DNA from: Lama glama
Taxonomy: Eukaryota
Assembly (NCBI GenBank): GCA_028534125.1
Contig: CM052816.1
Coordinates: 24,430,001-24,494,000, forward strand
Direction: 5' to 3'
Length of the DNA stretch: 64,000 bases
The translations under genes were made by a program, and so were the position numbers. This document shows positions 1 through 12,590 of the stretch, piece by piece (within the stretch, counting starts at the first letter, position 1; each line of letters begins with the position of its first letter). The notes under the pieces are model-generated. The model had not been told where the DNA came from. It ran no database searches and saw nothing but the letters and a program-made list of their open reading frames with translations.

Positions 1-784
<784 letters not shown>

Positions 785-2799
785 TCAATCGTAAATCGCC
801 CTTTGTAAGAAAGCATGCACACACTCACACACGCACGCATACACACGCTCGGGAAATACGGGGCGAAGGTGGCCAGGAGGGCCGAGCAGAGTCCGCGCGC
901 CGCCACCACCGCCGAGTCTCCCGCCCGCAGCACTTTGTTTCCTCTCAGGCGGCGCGGAGCCGCGGGCGGGGGGAGGGGGCGGAGGGGCGGGCTGGCAGCG
1001 AGCCGCGGGAGGCGGAGGTGGCGCGGATCGCTGCGCCGCGCTCCCCAACATGGCCGGCGCGCGCCGGCGACTCCACGTGACCGTCACCGGCCAATAGGGA
1101 GCCGGCAGCTCGGGGGCCGGGCCTGTAAATTCAAAATCAAGCTCTCCGGCAACCGTCGGCTCAGCGCGCCCGGCTGGGCGTGGCAGGGGAAGGACAGAGG
1201 GCAGCAGGGAGGGGCGTCGGGGACTGCTCGCGCTGCAGCCTTGGGCCCAGCGCCGGCCGGGCCTTCCCACCACCCCGCGGGGACCCCTGGAGGGGCCGGG
1301 CCGGCGGAAGGCGGGAAGGAGCCTAGAGGTTTCCGGGGCGGGTCCGCGCTGCCGCCCACACCCGGCGGTTCAGGGAAATTCAAATATAAACGTCTCTAAC
1401 AGCCACACGCAAACTCGTAGAGGCCGAGACGACCGCGGGCGTCGTAACCTTGTCCCCGCCCCGCGAAGGGGCTGGGAAAACTGCCAAGAGGCCCCGCCGC
1501 TGTGGAGTTACGTAATGGGCGCTGGTGTCCCAGGTTCAGAACCCACTGTGTGCTGCTTCCAAGTGCAGGAAGCCTTTATTTTTCTCTCAGATGGGAAACG
1601 GTGTGTCTTAACACCTCCAAGCATAAACTGACGCACGCGTGTCTCGAAGCCAGCAAAGGCCACAGAAAAAGCAGTGCTGCCGGGCGGCCTCTGACCCGTT
1701 TACTTAACAATTTAGGGTCTTATAAAAATCAAAACCACCTCACAAGTCATATGATTAACATGCAACTAAGTAAATAGCACAGACTGTTCATTGTCATGCT
1801 TCACTGAAATCCGATGCATCAAAATCTAAACATGTGAAAACTTAACAGAAATGACTTTTTGCTTTAAAAGGAGATCCCTTAAAATGTAACTGACAACAAT
1901 TTTAATAGGATGTCCATTAGTCCCTTGGAAAAGTTTTTAACTTTTAGGCTAATAGTTGTTGAAATTTACTACGTGCACTGCACTAGGCTTTCATGGATTA
2001 TCCGTCCACACAGCCGCTCTGTGGTGTGGGAACTGGATTTTTTCCATTTGAAAATGTATACATGTAATAGATTAATTTCCTCATGGCCACCCAGCAGGCC
2101 ACAGGACTGCATCCGAAGCCAGGCGGTTTCAATTGCCCCCAGAGCCCTTAACTAAAACTAGAAGGCCACCTCATAACCTATTAGGGACGCATGTGTAGAG
2201 TAATTAAAAGTTAGTTACCTTAATAATGGCAGAAATGGAGACTAGAATGTTTTTTAAATGTTAATCATGTCTTGTACATAAGAATTAGTGAAGGGCACTG
2301 AACTGCATATCATTTTCCATGCATTTCACTCAATGAGTGATGATACTCTCCTTATTAATGGTTCTATTTCTGTCCTGTCACCTAAAATACCTCCTTCCTT
2401 AACCTCATTGACAATTAAAGAGTTGGAAAGGTTCGATTTTGAAGTGGTAGTTTATAAGTAAGTATTCAGATAATTTTAATAACGTAAAAGGACCTTGAAA
2501 GTCTAAATTACTTATAAATAAATGAGGCCTAAAGAAGGTGAGCACTGGGCCCAATGTCGTAGAATATAGATGGCTTGGTTTTCACTCTTTATTCTCCTTT
2601 TACCTTAGGCTTTAAAAAGTTTTTTTGGAAATTTTAAAAAACTATTTTCTCTCTGTTTTTGAAGTTTTAAGACTATGTATGAAGTGATTTCAGGCGTGAT
2701 CTCTACTGCTCTCAACCCCATGAAACTTTCTGGTGATGGAATCCTTCAATCTCTGATTGTTTTTGGAAACTCAGATTATACCCTATTAGCTGAAACAAC

Positions 2800-2990
2800 A
2801 AATACACTGGAGTCAGACAGTTGAGAATTTGCTTTTGATAGCAATGTAACTTTACAGAAGTTATTCCTTGGTTTCCTCATAGGAAAATGGGGATGATTCC
2901 TACCTTGTCAGGGATTTGCAATAATTAAATAAAATTATATATATAATGTGTTAGACATAATATGGGATGGCTAAATAGTAATTCTCACTA
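2800..2990 (+). mobile_element. MIR SINE fragment (ancient)
   Basis: Degenerate MIR core: ...tgtaactttacagaagttatt...gtttcctcataggaaaatggggatgattcctacc. Confidence 0.55.
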
Positions 2991-3221
2991 ATAGTAATCG
3001 CATGTCTCCAATCAAAAGCAATGAAAAAAATGGAAATCTCTTAGCCTTAGAATTAGGCAATTGTGCAAACATTTGGTCAGGTACTTTACTAAATGTACAA
3101 CTTCCCTTATTCTCTCAGCTTTTCCCATGCTTAACTCTGACCCTGGCGTAAGGCCTAGTTCTTCCCCGCTCTTTTTCATACTAAATGTGTCCAGCCCTCT
3201 TGATTTAAATCATTCCCGCAG

Positions 3222-3346
3222 AAGAGGGCATAGCTCAAGTAGTAGAGCACATGCTTAGAATATGTGAGGTCTTGAGCTCAATCCCTAGTACCTCCTCAAT
3301 AAGTAAACTTAATTACCTCCCCCTACAAAAAAGAAAAAGAAAAAAG
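3222..3346 (+). mobile_element. tRNA-derived SINE (camelid Vic-1-like)
   Basis: A-box TAGCTCAAGTAGTAG, B-box-like GCTCAATCCC and an A-rich tail. 16-bp TSD taaatcattcc(c/t)gcag at 3206-3221 and 3347-3362. Confidence 0.88.
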
Positions 3347-5581
3347 TAAATCATTCCTGCAGTCTGATCACCACCAATATTTTCCCCAGTAAACGAGAAG
3401 TCACAATTACTACGTGAGTATGGTGATGATATATTTGCATTTTCAGGGACAACTGTGATTTCAAATATTTTGCCTCATTTTTTCTGTAAACCTTCACTTA
3501 ATTATCAGTGCACATGTTCTGATTATCGGTTAGGCCATGTTTATCGCCACCAAGCCTCAACTTGCCATGATATCATTTAAAGTCTTTAAAACCCCTCCCA
3601 CAACACACACAGCTACCTCACTACATAGAATGTATCTGACATTTACCCTACTTTCTGAGTGTCATTTGGATCTAGGACAGAAAAATACAGGATACCTATC
3701 ATCTTTGGGCAGAAGAGACTAAGACTAGGATGGAGGTGGGGAGGAAGGGAATAAAGAAGGAGAGACTGAAAGCTAGCAGTAACCCACTTTTGTCCCAGGA
3801 GAGGGGAGTGATAGCTGGCAGATAGCTGACTACACAGTGCAAACAAATGGGGTAGCTAGGGCTGTAGTACAAAATGAAAAAAAATTGCTAAGTGGTATCC
3901 CTCTTTTTTTTTTTAAGTAGTATCTCTTCGATATATGCTTGCTGAAGAAATAAATTAAGGAATAAATTAATACATGGTCTTCCACTAGGCCAGACTGTTT
4001 CTATTTAATATATTTTGCAAAGTTGATACTTTTTTCATTTGTCATGCAGGTTTAAGAATAAATCATGTTTTCCGAAAAAAAGAATAAATCATGTTTCAGA
4101 AGGTTGAATGACTATCCAGAATCCCTTCTAACTCTGATTTTAATTTTTGTGTCTTAAAAAGAGCTTAAGAGTTTGAAAGTGTATTTATCATCTTCAATAG
4201 AGTTCTCTTAGCATAGCCCCGTAAAGTTTATATACTGTTCAAAATTGTTTTTCAAATTGCTTGTTAAGACCTAGAGACATGGCAATAGTGGGATGGGTGG
4301 TATTATTTGAACTTAGTGGTTCCATCTTACTGATAGTTCATGATTTAGTCAAAAAGAAAAATCAATTTGCACTTTTGCATTTTATTTTTATGCCAAAACA
4401 TAGTCATAACACTACAATGTTTTTCTTTAAATTATTTTTGAGGATAGCTTTAAAGCATCTGTTAAACTATTCCCTATGCATCTGATTTTTAAAAGGTTTT
4501 TTTTAATCTTATAAAAGTATGCCCCCTCACCCTATATTCTGCATCTCTGCCTTTAGAATGATACAAATAACAATAAAGACTGGAGTCTAAGTGTAGGATT
4601 TACATGTAATTAAGCTGTTTCTGCTCTAATTAGAACTAACCCCACTCAAAGAGTTAAGAACTTCCCTTCTTCACAATCTTCAGTCACTTTATCTTGCTGG
4701 ATGGTTTGTCTGTCTCAATAACATTTTAATTTATTCATTTAGTTCTTAGACTGTTGAGGTAAGACTTTCCTTGCCAAATTATCTTCCTCAATAGCCTTCC
4801 TTTCTCATTTTGCCAGAAGTTTCCCCATAAACTGAGTCTTTTAGATCAATCTAGAAAAGTAAGGACACTGTTTCCAGACCCCACAGGTGAATTCAAGAAA
4901 GTAGAGGAAAAGAAAGATACAATATTTGCATAGCTGATATGGTAAAATAAAAGAATGAAGTTTCAACCAGGTGTCAGTGTGTGTTCATTTCTTCTTCCTC
5001 TTTACTGCAATTTTGGGGTGCCACTCTTCCCAGAATGGCATGGTCAAACTAGGGCTAAAGGCAATCATACCATTCTCAGCTTTTAAGTTTAATAGCCTTG
5101 AAATAGGGACTAGAAAAGACCTTAAAAGAAAGGTAACAAGTCCCCTCCACCCCATCTTCCCATCCCTACCACCCCAACCCCAATAAACACCTCTTGGCTG
5201 GGAAAGGAAGGAGAGTTTGAAGCTAGATGCATTGTGGGAGTCACAGTCCTTTGACCCATCCCTGAGCTGAGTTGAGGATAGAGGTGGAAGATCCAAGAAT
5301 AGAGATGGTTTGTGCCTCACAACAAAGTCTCCTGTTTCCTTCCATCTTGGGGCAACGGAACAAAATCCAAGCGCAGGCTTCTCTACAACCACTGTAGTAA
5401 GCAGCCTCAAAAAAAAAAAAAAGGCAAGAAGGGGAGTGCAGAACAGCCTAACCTTCTGTGATGGTTAATTTCATGTGTTAATTTAGCTGTACCACAGTGC
5501 CCAGATACGTCATCACATATTATCTGGATGTTTCTGTAAGGGTGTTTTGGATGAAATTAACATTTAAATCAGTAGACTCTG

Positions 5582-6702
5582 GTCTCTTCAGCAAATGGTG
5601 TTGGGAACTGGACAGCAGCATGTAAAGCAATGAAACTAGAACACTCCCTTACACCATACACAAAAATAAACTCAAAATGGATCAAAGACTTGAACATAAG
5701 ACAAGATACAATAAACCTCCTAGAAGAAAATACAGGCAAAACATTATCTGANNNNNNNNNNNNNNNNNNNNNNNNNNNNNNNNNNNNNNNNNNNNNNNNN
5801 NNNNNNNNNNNNNNNNNNNNNNNNNNNNNNNNNNNNNNNNNNNNNNNNNNNNNNNNNNNNNNNNNNNNNNNNNNNNNNNNNNNNNNNNNNNNNNNNNNNN
5901 NNNNNNNNNNNNNNNNNNNNNNNNNNNNNNNNNNNNNNNNNNNNNNNNNNNNNNNNNNNNNNNNNNNNNNNNNNNNNNNNNNNNNNNNNNNNNNNNNNNN
6001 NNNNNNNNNNNNNNNNNNNNNNNNNNNNNNNNNNNNNNNNNNNNNNNNNNNNNNNNNNNNNNNNNNNNNNNNNNNNNNNNNNNNNNNNNNNNNNNNNNNN
6101 NNNNNNNNNNNNNNNNNNNNNNNNNNNNNNNNNNNNNNNNNNNNNNNNNNNNNNNNNNNNNNNNNNNNNNNNNNNNNNNNNNNNNNNNNNNNNNNNNNNN
6201 NNNNNNNNNNNNNNNNNNNNNNNNNNNNNNNNNNNNNNNNNNNNNNNNNNNGTGGAATACTACTCAGCCATAAAAACCGACAACATAACACCATTTGCAG
6301 CAACATGGATGCTCCTGGAGAATGTCATTCTAAGTGAAGTAAGCCAGAAAGAGAAAGAAAAATACCATATGAGATCACTCATATGTGGAATCTAAAATTA
6401 AAAACAAACAAACAAAACATAAATACAAAACAGAAATAGACTCATAGACATAGAATACAAACTTGTGGTTACCAAGGGGGTGGGGGGTGGGAAGGAATAG
6501 ACTGGGATTTCAAAATGTAGAATAGATAAACAAGATTATACTATATAGCACAAGGAAATATATACAAGATCTTATGGTAGCTCGCAGAGAAAAAAATGTG
6601 ACAATGAATATATATATGTTCATGTATAACTGAAAAATTGTGCTCTACACTGGAATTTGACACAACATTGTAAAATGATTATAAATCAATAAAAAATGTC
6701 AA

Positions 6703-6730
<28 letters not shown>
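5582..6730 (+). mobile_element. 5'-truncated young L1 (end of ORF2 plus 3' UTR)
   Basis: ORF2 C-terminal peptide [17 protein letters not shown]1 3' UTR, AATAAA and an (AATC)n tail. 15-bp TSD aatc(a/g)gtagactctg at 5567-5581 and 6731-6745. Confidence 0.93.
5752..6251. other. Assembly gap (500 N)
   Basis: Run of N inside the L1. Confidence 1.
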
Positions 6731-6735
<5 letters not shown>

Positions 6736-8029
6736 GTAGACTCTGAGGAAAGCAGATTTCCTGCCCTGCTGTGGGTGGGTCTCATCCAATCAGTTAAAGG
6801 CCTGAAAAGAACAAAAGACTGATCTTTCCCAAGCAATATTAAATTTTAACAGCAGGCAACCTTCATACTTGAACTGCAACATCGGCTCCTCCTATGTCTC
6901 CAGCCTGCCAGCTTACCCTGTAGATTGGTAGATTTTGGACTTGCTAGCCTTCCTAATCATACAATCCAAATCCTTAAAATAAATCTGTCTATATATACAC
7001 CTCCTGTTGGATCTCCTATTGGAGAACCCCGGCAAATACACCTTTTCTATGCCCATAAGAAGGATGTGGAAGAGCTAAGGAAAGCCAACAGATAGAAATG
7101 AGTGGATTGGACAGGGAAGTTGCAGGCTGAGCTGGGTGAACTGGCCACTTGAGGGATGGTGGGACTGCAGAAAACTCAGCAGAAGCATTGAGGACAGATG
7201 TGACAGAGGCCAACGTCCTGGGGAACTACAGTAAGTCACATATAGAGAAGGCCAGAGCAGAATGGAGACAGAGCAAAACCAAGAGGCTCTCCTTACCGTT
7301 GGTAAGAATCTCCTTGGACTTTGAGTCAGCTTCAGGTAGGTCAGAAAGATGAAGAATCTATGGGGTATTGAACTTAATATGATTGATATGCAAACCTCAG
7401 CTTGTCCATGCCTCTGGGAGATTGCAATCTCATCATCAGAGTGGTCTCATATATCTCTTCACACTGCTTTTCCCCCCAAGTAGGTTTTATTCTATCCTAA
7501 CCTCTCCCCATAGGGTTAAAAAGCTGGCTTCTAAGCACCCCAAACCTAAGTTCTCCTGATAACTCACATATAACAAATCTCAAGAAAACAGATTTTACTG
7601 TTTGGGTCACATGCCTACCTGTGACTTGACTACTGCGTCCAGAGCTAAGTGGTACTCTGATGGGCCAAGTCTAGGCCCAGAATCCACCCTTCAATAGGCA
7701 GGAGTGAGGGGGAGAGTCAGGAGTCAAGGGTGGTCTCACCAAACTAGATAGGGTGGGATTCCATCAAGAATGAGGAGTTCATCCCCAAAAGAGATGAGGG
7801 GATGCTGGACAAACAAAAACAGCATACATCAACCTCATGGAAGGAGAGAAAAAGAATTAATAAAGTAGTACTTTTTCTGGCCTAAAAATTCTCATATAAA
7901 AACCATTAAAACAGAAAATCATTAAAGTTCACGATACCTGAAAAGTCATACTCGTTTGCTCAGTCATTAATCCATGTATTTACTCAGCAGACATTTGCAG
8001 ACTTATATGCAGAACAAGCATGACTGAAT

Positions 8030-8170
8030 GTCTTGTAACCTATGGTGAAGAAGAATATGAGAACAAATGTATGTATATTCCTATGTGACGGAAGTATTGT
8101 GCTGTACACCAGAAATTGACACAACATTGTAAACTAACTGCACTTCAATAAAAATAAATTTTTAAAAAAA
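8030..8170 (+). mobile_element. Short 5'-truncated L1 3' end
   Basis: ...gctgtacaccagaaattgacacaacattgtaaac...aataaaa tail; flanked by atgactgaa direct repeats. Confidence 0.85.
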
Positions 8171-9329
8171 TGACTGAAGTCCATGATCCCCACTTTGAGG
8201 CGCTCACCAGTTCAACTGTGGGTAATCAAGCATTCATATACATAAATTCTGCCTCACAGTGCCCAGTACTAAAAAGGAGGCATGAACAAAGTAATGTAGG
8301 TGCACTCAGGACCCGTCAGGCCTCTGTGGTGGGGAAGAGGAAACCACTTACAGACAGATGCTCTCTGAGCTGAGCTGGTAAGAATGTCAGCCCCCAGGGA
8401 CTGGTCAATGGATTCAGTACTTTGTAGAGCTCTGGAAATGGCAACCCACACCTCCAGGGAGAATTAGAGGAAAACCCCAGATGGAATCCCTAACATCCTT
8501 ATGGTGTGCTTTTTATTTCAAACCATTGTGTAGTTGTGCTTTACACTGGGAGTTAGTAAGGTGGTAAGGGAAGCAGATGTTAGTCGACAGTGTTTAGGCT
8601 TGGCTGATATTAGGCAAGAAAAATGGAAAATGGAGGAAGTGATCATATAATTAAAACAAGTACATCACTTAAGCTGAGTCATAAAATCACAGTTATGCCT
8701 TGCCTAAAGCAAAACAAAAATAGAAAACAAATTAAGCAGGAGATTCTACTGAGTAGCTCCTGAGTGTAAGCCACAGCATCACATGCTATCAAAGAAAAAT
8801 TTTAAAGCATGAAGTGTGGGACATTCCCTCTATAGAGGTATTGTATTTTCTGTCTGGAAATGAAATGTATACATGCGAATAAATAGGTTAGGCAATCAAG
8901 CCATGAATGACAAAGGCCCAAAGGAGTGACACTGATGGCAAGGGTCAAATCTCTGGGGCTGCTAAAATTTAGAGAATGAAGAAATTAGAGAATAAGAGGA
9001 CAACATGGAAAAAGAAGATTTAACTGGACATTGAAGTAGGGATAGTCTTATTCAGTAAGTGGTTTGATTTACAAAAAATTATCTTTATATATAATTTTTC
9101 AGGAATAGAACTATTCCATAAAGTGAAATGATTCTACATTTTATATGAAATATTTCTATCTATGTTTAGTATGTATATTAGAATATGGACAAATATTATC
9201 CAGAATTTGGATACCCACATACCTGGGATTTAATAATACAAAAAACATTCTGTTAAAGTCTCTGCAAAGAGATGACATTGAAAAGTAATTAGTGAACTCT
9301 CTGATTTACACGTAGATTGAGTAAAATAG

Positions 9330-9930
9330 GAACTCAAACTTTCATATATTGCTGATGAGAATGTAAAATAGCACAACCACTTCAGAAAACTGTTCATAAA
9401 GTTATATATATAAAGTAAAAAATGCTCATTATTAAGTTAAAAATGCTCATACCCTATATTCCAGCAGTTCTACTTCCAAGAAGAATGAAAGCACATGTCT
9501 ACTGAAACACTTGCACAAGAAGTCTTCATAGTATATTTATTCATAATGGCCCAAACTGGAAATAATCCAAATGCCTGTCAACTGAATAGACAAATAAATA
9601 ATGGTATAAGTACTACTGAGCCCTTAAAAAGAATGAGCTACAGATACATGCAACGACATGGATGAATCTCACAAACATTATGTTGAGCAATACAAAGTAC
9701 TTTTAAGTGGTTGGTTTATATGAAATTCAGGGACAAGTAAGTGTAATCTATGTGATAGAAATCAGAGCAGTGGTTGTCTACCATGGTAAGGATTAATTGG
9801 ATGGAGACATTAAGGAACTTTCTAGAGTGACAGGCTCATAGGTACATGGATAAATACAGTTATCAAAGCTCATTAAATTGTACTCTTAAAATCTGTTCAT
9901 GTAACTATATGTAAATTTTACCACAATGAA
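9330..9930 (+). mobile_element. Ancient L1M (L1ME/MB-like) 3' region
   Basis: Typical motifs gctgatgagaatgtaaaatagcacaaccact, aactggaaataatccaaatgcc and acatggatgaatctcacaaacattatg. Confidence 0.8.
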
Positions 9931-12364
9931 AGCATAATCTTACAGGTTAGATTTTAAAACTCATAAGATATACTTTGAAGCTTTTTTTTTTTGTAAGTGG
10001 GTAACATTTCCACCTTATGTGTTGCTTGAATTCTAAATTTCCTGTGGACTCTTCATTTTTTATACCCTACTGTAAACCTGTGTGATTTCTTCAGAAGCCA
10101 GAAATTATATAAAACCACTTTTTTTAAAAGCCTATGACTTAATAAGATTTAAAAGATGCATTTGAATAATGAAGTCAGGTGTTAAGGGTAAAACTGGTGA
10201 CTTGAGAGCTATTGACATTTTTGTCTTGATAAGGTTGGAATATGAATACTAAAAAACTGAGAATTTAGTAAAGAAAAACTAAGTCTAAAATAATAGTTTC
10301 TACCTATGAAATTCTGTTTTTCACTACTATATTGATTTTATTTTATAAGATTTCCTATTTGGACACGATCATTCTATTACCAGATACAAATACTGATCTC
10401 TAGTCATCCAAGGACCTAAATTCTTTTATTACTATAACAACTTTCTAAACACTAAAGACACACCACAAGTTTAATTCAATAAGGATAGAGAAATAATTTA
10501 CAAAGGGGGTGAGAGTGAGGAAGAAGAAAAGAAAAGGGGAATTATCAAAATCTATGGTATCAAAAAATTACCTATTGTTTTAATAAACATATTTATTTAA
10601 AAGTTTGACTGAATCTTTGTGGTCAGGCAAGCTTCAGTCTGTGATTCTCAAAAGCTGTGATTCTCAACTGGTGTGGTGGAGAAAGACAGAAAGCACCCTG
10701 TTTTTAAAGGGCTTTCTCAGGTTTGAGGGGCAGATGGGATTTTCATGTTTACTGAGAGAGATCATGGGATGATAAAGTTATGAGACACTGCAGTGGAGAA
10801 CATAAAGGAAATACAGCATATAACTCTACCCTTAGTCTCTCTGGGACTCTTGAGTTACAGCCAGAATTATATAAGCCCATTTACCATTACAGACCATAAC
10901 TAGTCAGACAGCCCACCATGACAGCCATGACTGCAGAAAAGTTCCATCACTGTGACATTCACTTGGAAAAATCACCCTGTAGTAACTTGAATCAACTTCT
11001 TCACAAGGTTTCAGAAGACTGTTGTCATTTAAAAGAAATTGGTTTCATTTCCCAGTCTTAACTTCTTAGTTTTTTTCATTTACTATATACTTCCTTTAAG
11101 GGATTTGGGTTGGGTTGACCTCAAGTGAACGATGGAGAAACAAAATCTCAATTGTCATAGGGAAAAAGGAAGTGACAGGGGTGAGTCCAGTATTTTCACT
11201 TTTAAAAGTAAAGTGAATTCAGAATGTCTGTTTCACCCCCAGATAATTAAGATGTCATTCCTCCTATGAACCTTCATGGCATTATCATCTATAGCAGTCA
11301 TTTGGAACCAAGCATATTGCTTTTGGTCTATCATTATGACCAAATTATAAGACTCTTTAAGGTAGGAGAATTTCCCCGGGGGACAGTGCAAAGGATAAAA
11401 TTTTGTCACTTTTCTGGCTACGACATTCATACAGGAGTAGAGCAACATACAACAATGATCTAAGTACCCTGACTAATCTCTCATTTCTCATAATGAGTCT
11501 ACCTCATCTAAAAGATATTCTGCATACTTCCTTGAACAACGAACTCTAGAAGGCAAGTCAAGAGATACTCTCAAAACTTCTCAAAACAATTATTTAAAGA
11601 CTGTAAGAATTCCATTTGGAAACAGATTTTCTATTACTTTTGTCTGAAAATAAGTGTCTGATCTGTAATGTTTATTTCTGTGACTATGTATCTATTGCTG
11701 ATAAAATAGTAAACAACATACAACGTAAGACTTTTTCTCCTTAAATACCAACAGCCTATCTCAGTTTCAGATTTACTATGTCATGGCAAATGCTTCCAGG
11801 AAACTTGGTCATAAAGAAATTGGAGAAAATCAACCACTTGATTTAAAATGCATATTAAAACAACTGAGCATGGCATGCTAAGCAATGAGAAAGAGAACCA
11901 TAGATATATCACCTGCCCCAGATGGAATCTAGTTAACATCCTACATGTTGCTAGGTCTAAAAGATGTTCATTTCAGCCCATAGGATAAATATCAAACACA
12001 AGAGTAAGATACATGTATCACATGTTAGCAAACGCAAGGTGAATGTGAAGGTTGGAAATTTGGTAGAAGGGAATTGCAGATTTGCTTATTAGGATCAAAA
12101 CTAATGCTCTGTTCAGATTACCAGTAATACACTGTTTCACTTCCCATTTGTCTTTTCAAGCTCCAAAAATGACTTATGTGTAGGAGAGTTAACTAGATGG
12201 AGATCTGGATGCCAGATCTCTTTCTGCCATTGGGGCTGGAGGCGAGAAAGAATGTGGAGACTGCTTTAGAGGTAGAGTGGGCTGATGTGATCAATCACTG
12301 GACAGATAAAACTAAGAACACTGGGGGACCAATGGAGATACTGGGGTTCAGGTAGAATAAAGGC

Positions 12365-12590
12365 AGGACAGTGCACGCTTTAGAGTTAGGCATACCCGAG
12401 GGTGAATCCTGTTAAGTCACTCACTATGCAACCTCTGGCAATTTGCTTGACATCTGTGAACCTCCATTTCCTCATTTGTAAAAAGCAGAGAAGGAACTAC
12501 CATACAGGGATGTTGAAGGGATTGAATATGATCATGTATGTAAGGTCTACCTGTTACATAGTCAGTGCTCAGTAAATATTTATTCCTTTC
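12365..12590 (+). mobile_element. MIR SINE
   Basis: ctgtgaacctccatttcctcatttgtaaaa...ggattgaatatgatcatgtatgtaa...tgctcagtaaat. Confidence 0.7.

Larger units (their letters stand above)
5457..7040 (+). mobile_element. MLT2 (ERVL) solo LTR, split by a younger L1
   Basis: Starts tgtgatggttaatttcatgtg and ends ggagaacccc...aataca; 5-bp TSD ccttc/ccttt. The halves 5457-5581 and 6731-7040 join across the L1 insertion. Confidence 0.85.

Noticed and set aside
5569..6337. 235-245 aa ORFs
   Set aside because: Artefacts of translating through the N gap inside an L1.
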